Shown here piece by piece: positions 1 through 8,437 of a stretch of DNA of 62,402 nt (position 1 is its first letter; every line of letters begins with the position of its first letter). The notes beneath the pieces are model-generated. The model worked only from the letters and a program-made list of their open reading frames with translations. It made no database searches and was not told the origin of the DNA. Made by a program: the position numbers and the translations under genes. The DNA is from a candidate division WOR-3 bacterium (GTDB lineage Bacteria > Hydrothermota > Tepidihabitantia > SM23-42 > CAYGYG01): contig CBFGIV010000009.1 of the NCBI GenBank assembly GCA_965648915.1, forward strand, positions 1-62,402, in the 5' to 3' direction.

Positions 1-134
1 ATGTTATTATAACATAGTAGCAGGGCGTTGTCTACCCTTTTTTATTACATTGCTTAAAAAATCAATTCTAATGACCCCGACCTCTAAAAATAGGAAAATT
101 TGAAAAAGTATTCGGCAGGGCTGATTTCAAAGTA

Positions 135-162
135 TTGACATTGAATTGATTTTCGGTATAAT
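135..162 (+). promoter_or_regulatory. sigma70-type promoter of the MNT-HEPN pair
   Basis: TTGACA (135-140), 16-bp spacer, TATAAT (157-162). Confidence 0.8.
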
Positions 163-186
163 GAAAAATAGAAAGTTGCTACGATT

Positions 187-672
187 ATGAATGCAGTTAA
201 TAAAATTTCCTACGAGACATATAAGACTTATATTGAACATTTTTTATCAAAACTGAATGAAGAACTGGGCCCTGAATTAATTTCTGTTGCCCTGTTTGGT
301 TCAATCGCCCGTGGTGCAGGAAGACCTGAATCAGATATTGATTTACTTATTGTAGTTAAGGGTGATCGAATCAAAAATTTTAAAAAATATATAAAGGTAA
401 AGATGGATGTTGAAGGAGAACTCCCCCCTTACTTTTCGTCAATTTTCACCACCGAGGACCGCCTCAGGAAAAATCCCTTAATACTTCTTGATATACTGTA
501 TGAAGGAAAGATTCTTTATGACCCATCAGATAATCTAAAATCTCTATTAAGGCGGCTTGAAAAAAAACTCGTCACGCTCGGAGCGAAAAGAAAAGAGATC
601 GCACAAAATATTTGGTTCTGGGACCTTAAGCCCGATTGGAAGGCAGGGGAAGTGGTATCTATTGAATTATGA
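187..672 (+). CDS. Minimal nucleotidyltransferase (MNT) domain protein, MntA-like antitoxin
   Basis: FGSIARGxxxxESDIDLL Pol-beta-type NTase motif; 4-bp overlap with the downstream HEPN gene. Confidence 0.85.
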   Translation: MNAVNKISYETYKTYIEHFLSKLNEELGPELISVALFGSIARGAGRPESDIDLLIVVKGDRIKNFKKYIKVKMDVEGELPPYFSSIFTTEDRLRKNPLILLDILYEGKILYDPSDNLKSLLRRLEKKLVTLGAKRKEIAQNIWFWDLKPDWKAGEVVSIEL

Positions 673-1082
673 CAAATTTTGAACATTCAAAAAATTTAGC
701 CGCTGAGGCATTTCGCATACTTGGTGAGGCTGAAAGGGCTTTTAATGATAGGGATTGGAATCACACAATCCGTCGATCCCAGGAATCGGTCGAGCTGTAT
801 CTGAAAAGTTTACTCGCTGGACTCAATATTGAGTTTCCCAAGATTCACGATATTGGCAGGATCTGTGTTAATGAATTAAAACGGAAAGGAATCCCTGTTG
901 AGGAGACAGTAAGTCTGTCAATCATTCAGATTTCAAAAGATCTTTCAGAGAAAAGAGCACCTGCATTCTATTGGGAAGAGAGTTATACAAAAGAAGAAGC
1001 CCTGGAATCTTTAAATGATGCCAAATTCATAAAAGATTTTTTCGATAAGACTATCTCGAAATTGCAGTCCAATCTGACTTGA
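669..1082 (+). CDS. HEPN domain protein, partner of MNT
   Basis: Helical 137 aa; SQESVELYLK, FPKIHDIG and RAPAFY motifs typical of MNT-associated HEPN. Confidence 0.85.
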   Translation: MTNFEHSKNLAAEAFRILGEAERAFNDRDWNHTIRRSQESVELYLKSLLAGLNIEFPKIHDIGRICVNELKRKGIPVEETVSLSIIQISKDLSEKRAPAFYWEESYTKEEALESLNDAKFIKDFFDKTISKLQSNLT

Positions 1083-1210
1083 TGATTTAGACTGTCCCGA
1101 TAGTTACTAACTTTGAAGAAAAGCGATCGCCATCCATTATTCGGTTAAATGACGGAGTATAAAGGTTCTCAAGATCTCACTTAAAACAGAGAGGGAAAGG
1201 AAACATCTCC

Positions 1211-1239
1211 TTGACCGATACCCAATCTTCTTCTATAAT
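1211..1239 (+). promoter_or_regulatory. sigma70-type promoter, probably leaderless transcript
   Basis: TTGACC-17-TATAAT; ATG 5 nt after the -10 box; no SD. Confidence 0.7.
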
Positions 1240-1244
1240 ATGAT

Positions 1245-2357
1245 ATGCGGACCGGTATTGCCTATCTTCCTCTTCATCACGGCCGGGCACCAAAATGGAT
1301 CTTCGAACGGATGGTAATGCTGGCTAAGAATATAACCCTCCTGCTCGTTGAAGAATATGGCCCGGACGAACTTCTCTATCGCCTTGCTGATCCCTTCTGG
1401 TTTCAGGCTTTGGGCTGTGTCCTCGGTTTTGACTGGCATTCGAGCGGTGTTACGACCACGGTCTGTGGAGCATTAAAAGAAGGGCTTAAAGATTTAAGCA
1501 ATGAACTCGGAATATTTGTCTGTGGCGGGAAAGGTGCAGTTTCAAGAAAGACTCCACTCGAGATTGAGATAATCGGACAGCAATATTCACTGGCTTCAGC
1601 CCCATTGATTTATGCCAGTCGGATGTCTGCTAAAGTCGACAATAACGCGGTCCAGGATGGATATAATTTATACCACCACACTTTTATATTTACAAAAACC
1701 GGGAAGTGGGCAGTCATCCAGCAGGGGATGAATGAATTGAACCACTATGCCCGGAGATACCACTGGCTTTCCGATAAGATAAAAGATCTTGTCTGCGAAC
1801 CCCATAGCGCAGTCTGCTGCGATGAAATAAAAGAACCTCTGAATCTGGTTGCGGCTGAGAGTGATGGCGCACGAAACTTAATCACCGAACTCTCCCGCGA
1901 AAAGCCAGAAAGGGTTCTGAAAGACATCGATCACTTAAAAGTCCTCAGACTGCCATCAAGACACCGGGTCGAGATTAAGGATTTAAACCCGCGGTCACTC
2001 TATCGAATTTTAATAAAAACTTATGAAATCCAGCCCGAAGATTTTAAGAAATTACTCGGGACCGAGGGCGTCGGTGCCCGGACCTTAAGGGCGCTGAGTT
2101 TGATTTCAGAATTGATTTATGGAGTTCCGCCCAGTTACCGCGACCCGGCTCGCTACAGTTTTGCCCACGGCGGTAAGGATGGAACACCCTATCCGGTTGA
2201 TCAAAAAACCTACGATAATTCTATCACTATTCTGGGAAAAGCAATCAAACAGGCAAAAATTGGTAATACTGAGAAGACCTCAGCCCTGAAAAGACTTCAT
2301 CACTACTTATTGAAAGCCAATAGGTCACCTGAAAGAAACCAGCCTCCCTCTTTTTAG
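1245..2357 (+). CDS. DUF763 family protein
   Basis: LPLHHGRAPKW, DPFWFQALGCVLGFDWHSSGVTT, AKVDNNAVQDG, YSFAHGGKDGTPYPV. Confidence 0.9.
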   Translation: MRTGIAYLPLHHGRAPKWIFERMVMLAKNITLLLVEEYGPDELLYRLADPFWFQALGCVLGFDWHSSGVTTTVCGALKEGLKDLSNELGIFVCGGKGAVSRKTPLEIEIIGQQYSLASAPLIYASRMSAKVDNNAVQDGYNLYHHTFIFTKTGKWAVIQQGMNELNHYARRYHWLSDKIKDLVCEPHSAVCCDEIKEPLNLVAAESDGARNLITELSREKPERVLKDIDHLKVLRLPSRHRVEIKDLNPRSLYRILIKTYEIQPEDFKKLLGTEGVGARTLRALSLISELIYGVPPSYRDPARYSFAHGGKDGTPYPVDQKTYDNSITILGKAIKQAKIGNTEKTSALKRLHHYLLKANRSPERNQPPSF

Positions 2358-2547
2358 ATTTATTGAAGTGCTCGATTATTGAAGGGGTATTATCGATCTC
2401 AATCGATCCAGATTCGGTTCGGTTAATAAACATAGTGACCAAATTTTCCCATAGATTAAACTTTAGAGTTGGGTCTGGACATCCAGTTTGGCTTTTCAAT
2501 TCTTCAATCTATGCGGTTAGTTGAAGACTATTTTATTGTATGAAAAT

Positions 2548-4677
2548 CTAAGACCTTCGTAAATGAGTAACCCGGGGCGGATTAGAACTTAACTCTAAGG
2601 ATGGAATCTCTTTCACCGGTGGAACAGTATTTGTCCGCTCAACCTTCATCCAGCCCAGAACCGGCCTGTGGACAATCCGCCAGATACTCTTCATCAGAAC
2701 CCACCAGAGTAACTGGCGATAAAAAATTCTCTGCAGGGGCATAAATATAAAATCCTCAATATATTCACCATCCATAGCAACGGCCAGAAGTGCAGTAAAT
2801 GCCTCAAGACACCCAAATATTATGCAATAGGGTAGTATTGTACCAAAATCATAACCAAAATGGAAGAAACTCAGCGGGACGACGATGTCGACCAGCGGAA
2901 CAAAAATTGGTAAGAGAATGCCGAAGATAAAATTGTAGGGAAATGCAAAAAGGCCTAAAAATCCATACCGACTATTAAAAAAGACATCTTTGTGTTTCAA
3001 AAACAGTTGAATATTACCAAAGGTCCAGCGGTATCTCTGCCGGACGAGATTTTTTACCGACATCGGCGCCTCGGTTATACCGATTGCCTTTTCCTCATAC
3101 ACAATCTGATACCCCGCCTTTCTGATCTTCACAGTAATATCAGCGTCTTCAATCAAGATATCTTCGGTAAAGAGCCCGGCATCGAGCAGGGCCTGCTTAC
3201 GATAGGCACCACAGGCACCAGGGACAACCGTTATACAATTTAAAAACGACTGCATTCTTCGGTCGAGGTTTAACCCAACAATATACTCGATCGACTGCCA
3301 GCGGGTCAATATACTCCGCCGGTTACCAACTCGAACATTACCGGCAACCGCACCGATCTTCGGATCCTTAAAATGCTGAACAAAATAGCTCAGGGTTTTC
3401 TTTAGGACCTGAGTATCTGCATCGATAATCACAATAATCTCACCCTGCGCTGCTTCGACCCCGGTATTCAATGCCTTAGATTTTCCACCGTTTGTTTTAT
3501 TTATAAGCCGGATCCGCGGATCCCATAAGTAGTTTTCGACAATCTCTGCGGTTCGGTCTTTTGAGCCATCATTTATAACAATTACCTCAAAATTTTTATA
3601 GTCCAGAGCCTCCAGAGATTCGATCGTCTTGGCGATGATCTTCTCTTCATTATAGGCCGGGACAAGAATGCTGACCAGGGGCTGATAGTCTTCATCTATA
3701 ATCTGTTCGATCTTCAAATAATGTCCCAGGGCAAGAATTGACATCCCGATATACCTGAAGGCGATAAGAAGGGTTGAGAGGACAAAGAGAATTAAAAGCA
3801 CCGTTTGAGTATTTCGGAAAATATCGTGTAAAAGACCGAGCACTGTGAGATTGCTACGCACATAGAATCCCTTACTCAATCTCGGGTAGTTTTTCATCTC
3901 GGACATTCTGGCAAACCGATAACCGAGCCTTCTTAAAGTATCGATCAGTACCGGCAGGGCCTGAACTGTCTCCCACCGATTTCCACCGCCATCGTGCAGA
4001 AGAATAATCCCACCTGGACCGATCTCGTTCATCGCAATATTAAGGATCCTCTGCCGATCCGGCTCCTCCCAATCACGGGGATCACAGGAAGCATCAACAA
4101 TATGATAACCGAGTGCGATTGACGCTTCCCTGGTTCCATCATTGGCAACCGTAAAAGGCAGTCTTAAATAATGCGTCGGCTTTACACCCGCTTTTCGAAT
4201 AACCCATTCAGCTTTCTTCAAATCGAGATAAATCTGGACTTTTCTAAGAATTCGTTTGAAAATCGAGAGACGATTATAAACATCAGGGGAACAGTAGATA
4301 TTAGGAGAGTGTGAAAAGGTATGAACCCCAATTTCATGCCCGGCAATTTCAATCTCTCTTAAGATTGCCGGGAATTTTTCGACATTGGCACCGATAACGA
4401 AGAAGGCCGCTTTTACATCTTTTTGTCTGAGTACATTCAATATTAACGGAGTATAGACATAGTCCGGACCATCATCAAAAGTGAGAACAACAACCTTCTC
4501 ATCAGTATTATAACCCCAGAAAAGTTCACCCCATCTCTTTTTAGTTGCATCTATAGAATAATAAATCCCTACTATCAGTAGAAAGAAGAGAAGAATTAGG
4601 GGTAAGGTATATTTTTTTCTTAAAACCGGCTGAAAATATTCAAGCAAAATTTTGATCGCTTTTGGCAATCTTATCAT
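2548..4677 (-). CDS. Fused polysaccharide deacetylase (CE4/NodB) and processive GT2 glycosyltransferase (PgaC/IcaA-like)
   Basis: TFDDGP, HTFSH, LLHDGGG (CE4); PAYNEE, DGSKD, DADT, IEDAD, QRYRW (GT2); flanking TM helices. Confidence 0.85.
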   Translation of the reverse strand: MIRLPKAIKILLEYFQPVLRKKYTLPLILLFFLLIVGIYYSIDATKKRWGELFWGYNTDEKVVVLTFDDGPDYVYTPLILNVLRQKDVKAAFFVIGANVEKFPAILREIEIAGHEIGVHTFSHSPNIYCSPDVYNRLSIFKRILRKVQIYLDLKKAEWVIRKAGVKPTHYLRLPFTVANDGTREASIALGYHIVDASCDPRDWEEPDRQRILNIAMNEIGPGGIILLHDGGGNRWETVQALPVLIDTLRRLGYRFARMSEMKNYPRLSKGFYVRSNLTVLGLLHDIFRNTQTVLLILFVLSTLLIAFRYIGMSILALGHYLKIEQIIDEDYQPLVSILVPAYNEEKIIAKTIESLEALDYKNFEVIVINDGSKDRTAEIVENYLWDPRIRLINKTNGGKSKALNTGVEAAQGEIIVIIDADTQVLKKTLSYFVQHFKDPKIGAVAGNVRVGNRRSILTRWQSIEYIVGLNLDRRMQSFLNCITVVPGACGAYRKQALLDAGLFTEDILIEDADITVKIRKAGYQIVYEEKAIGITEAPMSVKNLVRQRYRWTFGNIQLFLKHKDVFFNSRYGFLGLFAFPYNFIFGILLPIFVPLVDIVVPLSFFHFGYDFGTILPYCIIFGCLEAFTALLAVAMDGEYIEDFIFMPLQRIFYRQLLWWVLMKSIWRIVHRPVLGWMKVERTNTVPPVKEIPSLELSSNPPRVTHLRRS

Positions 4678-4678
4678 T

Positions 4679-6109
4679 TCAAAATCTGATGTTTACTGAA
4701 ATCCCAAAACTTTCTATCGACCAGTTGATTGAATGATAATAAAAATATTTTAATGCTAATGAACCCGGCCGACAATCCAGAGTCAAATCTGCACCGTATG
4801 TCCAGCCCACTGCATCTCTTAAACCCCTTTCCTTAGAATATAAAGGGTAGGTGCAATCAAGAGCAAAGTCAAGATCGATACTCTGACCCAATGAATGATA
4901 ATAGAAGATGGAACCGGTCGGTGCCAGGACTTTCTGTTTTATTGGTGACCAGTAAATTTCCGAAGTATCCCGGAAAGAATCATACTCATACCTCAACCCG
5001 CACTTAAATTGGGGGAAAAGAACCCGGGGCTTATATTCAATAAAATAGTGCCATCGTTCATTACCATCGGAATAACGACTGAAATCAGCCTGCCCTTTAA
5101 TCCCTTCATAATGATAGAGATAAACCTGAACCTGGTTATAATTGATACCACCCCTGATCGCCCTTAAACTCTGGGGAATGTCTGCGTGATTTAATCTCAA
5201 TAGAACTTCCTGATCAATGTCCCGCACGGTGATACCAAAGTTATAGAGAAAGAATCGATTTGATAAATATTCTTTTAACCCGTAAGCACCTGTAAATACG
5301 AAGGGTGGAGAGAAGAATTCAGTCTCAATCACCCCGGCTTCAGCCATTTCTGATTCCGAATTCGAGATCAGATCTGAGTAAGTCAGGAGACCCTTGAGAT
5401 TCAAATTTCTAATCAAATAGTAAGTCAAGCCGGTCTGATAGGTTCTTGTATAAATCTCTTTATGCTCATTTGTGGAAAGGTACGCGAATTCTAAGGCAGG
5501 ATAGTATAATCGATTTATTTGAGCCATTGCCTCCCGGACCTCATCACTTTCTGAATTCAATCCCAGTGCCCGCTGATAATATCGATAAGCCCTTTCGTAA
5601 TTACCCGACCAGTGATAGATCTGTCCCAGCCCGAAGACGGCGTCAAAGTTCTCTGGTTCCCGACTTAAGATGTCTTTATAGAGAGTATATGCTAAATGAT
5701 AATCACCATCCCAGGAACTGATCTGGGCCAGGGGAATGGCAACTTCGGTTTCGGGCATAATTCGACAGACTTTTTTATATTCCGATTTTGCTCTCCGGTA
5801 TTTTCCATGCCAGGCAAGCATCTCAGCCAGCCGGCGTCGGGCCTCAAGATCGCCTGGCACCGTTTGAACAATCTCATCGTAGAGAAGAATTGCCTGATCA
5901 AAATCACCTTCGTTCCAGGCCAAGCGGGCTGATTCACGAAAAATATCGATATCTATCGAATTCATCCTGGCCGGGTCAACAATTTCAACAAGACCATTTG
6001 AAGCGGTATCGATAAAAGGTCCGGTCCGGCCTGTTTTAACCAGCAAGGCAGTATCAACCTTATCGGTCATCACTGAGGGACAGGTTAAAAGAAAAATTAA
6101 AAAAAACAT
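4679..6109 (-). CDS. TPR protein with probable C-terminal outer-membrane beta-barrel (PgaA/YaiO-like)
   Basis: Hydrophobic N-terminus, LAxxLxW-type TPRs, Tyr-rich amphipathic strands, terminal Phe; 1 bp from the GT2 gene. Confidence 0.6.
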   Translation of the reverse strand: MFFLIFLLTCPSVMTDKVDTALLVKTGRTGPFIDTASNGLVEIVDPARMNSIDIDIFRESARLAWNEGDFDQAILLYDEIVQTVPGDLEARRRLAEMLAWHGKYRRAKSEYKKVCRIMPETEVAIPLAQISSWDGDYHLAYTLYKDILSREPENFDAVFGLGQIYHWSGNYERAYRYYQRALGLNSESDEVREAMAQINRLYYPALEFAYLSTNEHKEIYTRTYQTGLTYYLIRNLNLKGLLTYSDLISNSESEMAEAGVIETEFFSPPFVFTGAYGLKEYLSNRFFLYNFGITVRDIDQEVLLRLNHADIPQSLRAIRGGINYNQVQVYLYHYEGIKGQADFSRYSDGNERWHYFIEYKPRVLFPQFKCGLRYEYDSFRDTSEIYWSPIKQKVLAPTGSIFYYHSLGQSIDLDFALDCTYPLYSKERGLRDAVGWTYGADLTLDCRPGSLALKYFYYHSINWSIESFGISVNIRF

Positions 6110-6116
6110 TTTTATA

Positions 6117-6144
6117 ATTTTATAAAAAAATTTGGCCTTGTCAA
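6117..6144 (-). promoter_or_regulatory. sigma70-type promoter, probably leaderless
   Basis: TTGACA-16-TAAAAT; ATG 7 nt downstream. Confidence 0.7.
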
Positions 6145-6164
6145 ATAATTTTTGATCTGGCGGT

Positions 6165-7700
6165 TTACTGCCTTAAATCATTCAACATCTCCCGGGATAA
6201 TAAAACCTCCGGGGCTGATCCAAATTTCATAATGATATATTCGAGTGTTTCCCGGGCTTTATCTTTCTCCCCCAGTTCTTTCAGGATTCGGGCCTTGATG
6301 ATTAATGCCCTCCCCATCCTTTCACTCTTAGGAAAATTCACCTCAAACTCTTCAACCGCACCGATACCTAAGTCATACTCCTTACGGCACGCATAGATAT
6401 TGATGAGCATAAGATACCCTTCTTCAGCCAACCATCTTTTTTCTTTTATAAATTTCCGTGCGGAATCGATTGCCTGACGAGTCGAATCAATCTTGATTAA
6501 ATACCAGATAGAACAGCACATCCTCAAAGCCGCAGTATCCCCTCCGGCCTTTCTGATCACCAGCAACCTCTCCAGGGCATCATTGGCCAGAAGGTTGGTA
6601 GGGAAATGTTCGACCAGCCAGTTGTAACCAGCGACGGCTTCATCGATCTTGAAATGAAAAAGTGCTAAATTTGCCTTCTCAAAAAATATATAAGCGAGTG
6701 AATCACGGTCAATAAGTTTCATCGCATTATTAAGAACCTTTTGTGCTTCACCAAAATCTCTCTTCTGCAGATAAATATCTTCGGTCAAGAGATATAATCT
6801 GAGTGAAGTATTATGTTCCAATAGCGACCGGGCAATCTTCAGTGCCTCATCCAGCCGCCTCATCTTAATAAGACATTCAACCCTCAAGATCTGAAATCTC
6901 AAATCATCGCTGTCCTCCAATGCCTTGAGCGCCTGTTCATAATTACCCATCTTCAGGTAAAGACGGGCAACCTCTTCCTTATTACCCAATCTTAAATAGC
7001 AAACCAGAGCAAGACTATCAAGCCCCTGTTTGAGACAGATTTCGCCAAATTCTGAAAGGAGAAGATTATCCTCGAGAAACAGATACTCCTTCAATGCCCG
7101 ATCGTATCTCTTATCAACAAGATATAGCCTTGCCAAAATTCTGCTCCTGACCTTCTTATCGATCATAGCGGTCTGAACAAGTTGAATGATATCTTTATCC
7201 ATTTTATAAAGCAATACCAGTCGATCGATCACCGAGTTCAAAACCGGTGGTCTCCGGGCCAGACTGTCCAGTCTGATTTTATTGATTAACTCCCTGGTTG
7301 CTGACCGGTAATCATTCAATCGCTCATAAAGATGAGAAACTTCAAAAGAGAAGAGATGATTTTTGCCTTTTATCCTTCTGAATTCATTGTAAACCCCTAC
7401 CTCCTCAGTCAGCCGGCCAGACTGCTCAAGCAGAGAGATTGCCCGGTGCAGAATGATCTCCTCCGGGTGGGGATGGAGAAGCGTCTTAAGGGTCTTCACT
7501 GCCTCGGAAAAGTTTTCGACCCGCAGATAGGCTTCAGCCAGGCCAAAATAGATCTCTGACTCTTCGGGAAACCGCTTTTTTAGGTCGCGGGCATATTCGA
7601 TAAAAGTGAGAATATTGCGTGATCGAAATGCCTCTTCTTTTTTAAGTAAAAATTCAGATCTATTAAATGTTTGATTTAAGAGAAAAATAATTAAAATCAT
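6165..7700 (-). CDS. Tetratricopeptide repeat protein, probably exported
   Basis: Repeated TPR-like helix pairs (LAEAYL, LARLYL, FPxxxxA); short hydrophobic N-terminus. Confidence 0.7.
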   Translation of the reverse strand: MILIIFLLNQTFNRSEFLLKKEEAFRSRNILTFIEYARDLKKRFPEESEIYFGLAEAYLRVENFSEAVKTLKTLLHPHPEEIILHRAISLLEQSGRLTEEVGVYNEFRRIKGKNHLFSFEVSHLYERLNDYRSATRELINKIRLDSLARRPPVLNSVIDRLVLLYKMDKDIIQLVQTAMIDKKVRSRILARLYLVDKRYDRALKEYLFLEDNLLLSEFGEICLKQGLDSLALVCYLRLGNKEEVARLYLKMGNYEQALKALEDSDDLRFQILRVECLIKMRRLDEALKIARSLLEHNTSLRLYLLTEDIYLQKRDFGEAQKVLNNAMKLIDRDSLAYIFFEKANLALFHFKIDEAVAGYNWLVEHFPTNLLANDALERLLVIRKAGGDTAALRMCCSIWYLIKIDSTRQAIDSARKFIKEKRWLAEEGYLMLINIYACRKEYDLGIGAVEEFEVNFPKSERMGRALIIKARILKELGEKDKARETLEYIIMKFGSAPEVLLSREMLNDLRQ

Positions 7701-7755
7701 ATCAAATTTTCAGGTAATTCGATTATGAAAAGTTGTTCTGAAATAAATTTAATCC

Positions 7756-7783
7756 TTGACTCCAATCGATTTTTGAATATACT
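7756..7783 (+). promoter_or_regulatory. Promoter of tRNA-fMet
   Basis: TTGACT-16-TATACT, 9 nt before the tRNA. Confidence 0.75.
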
Positions 7784-7792
7784 GAGCACGAT

Positions 7793-7866
7793 CGCGGGGT
7801 AGAGCAGTCTGGAAGCTCATTGGGCTCATAACCCAAAGGTCGCTGGTTCAAATCCAGCCCCCGCTA
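7793..7866 (+). tRNA. tRNA-fMet (CAT), initiator; CCA not encoded
   Basis: Cloverleaf; C1:U72 mismatch, three consecutive G-C pairs in the anticodon stem, CAT anticodon, TTCAAAT T-loop. Confidence 0.95.
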
Positions 7867-7867
7867 T

Positions 7868-7895
7868 ACCCTGACCGGAGAAGGTCAGGGTTTTT
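7868..7895 (+). terminator. Intrinsic terminator after the tRNA
   Basis: ACCCTGACC-GGAGAA-GGTCAGGGT stem followed by a T run. Confidence 0.8.
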
Positions 7896-8426
7896 CTATT
7901 TGCCGAGAAAGTTCTTTATCTGAACAAACAGGTTACGGAAAAACTCTATTGCCGTCGGGTCCTTGTGCGCCATACTCCAGAGATATTTAGCCAGGCCCAT
8001 CTGGGCCAGGGCATAATAGCCAACTGCGAGTTGTCCAATCGCCACATAACCACACGCAAATTGTCCCAGTCCGAACAGAATTCCACCAGCAAACTGAGCA
8101 ATACAGACAAAACCGACTACGAACTGCCCAAAACCAAACAATATGCCAATACCAAACTGGGCAAAGGTAATCAAACCGATACCAAACTGACCGATCGCAA
8201 TAATTCCCCGGGCAACCCGGACTTTTCCTTCTTTATCTCTACCAAAGGCAATATGGATAAGGGGATAACCATAGATGGTGGCATTCGATTTCCATTCAAA
8301 ACCTGAACCTGACCAATCTTGATTTGCCGGATAAGAAGCACCACAGTGAGGGCAGGTCCGGGCCTGGGAACTTACTTCCTGCTGGCAATCGCGGCACAGA
8401 ACAATTCTTTTATCGAGTTCTACCAT
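7896..8426 (-). CDS. Zinc-ribbon plus glycine-rich membrane protein
   Basis: CRDC...CPHC; EWKS...PLIHIAFG...ARGIIAIG followed by repeated GQF/AQF hydrophobic units. Confidence 0.7.
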   Translation of the reverse strand: MVELDKRIVLCRDCQQEVSSQARTCPHCGASYPANQDWSGSGFEWKSNATIYGYPLIHIAFGRDKEGKVRVARGIIAIGQFGIGLITFAQFGIGILFGFGQFVVGFVCIAQFAGGILFGLGQFACGYVAIGQLAVGYYALAQMGLAKYLWSMAHKDPTAIEFFRNLFVQIKNFLGK

Positions 8427-8437
8427 ATCTTCTGTTC

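Noticed and set aside
1..15. ATGTTA-TTA-TAACAT palindrome as a dif/Xer site or operator
   Set aside because: At the window edge, AT-rich, and spacing does not fit the 11-6-11 dif layout
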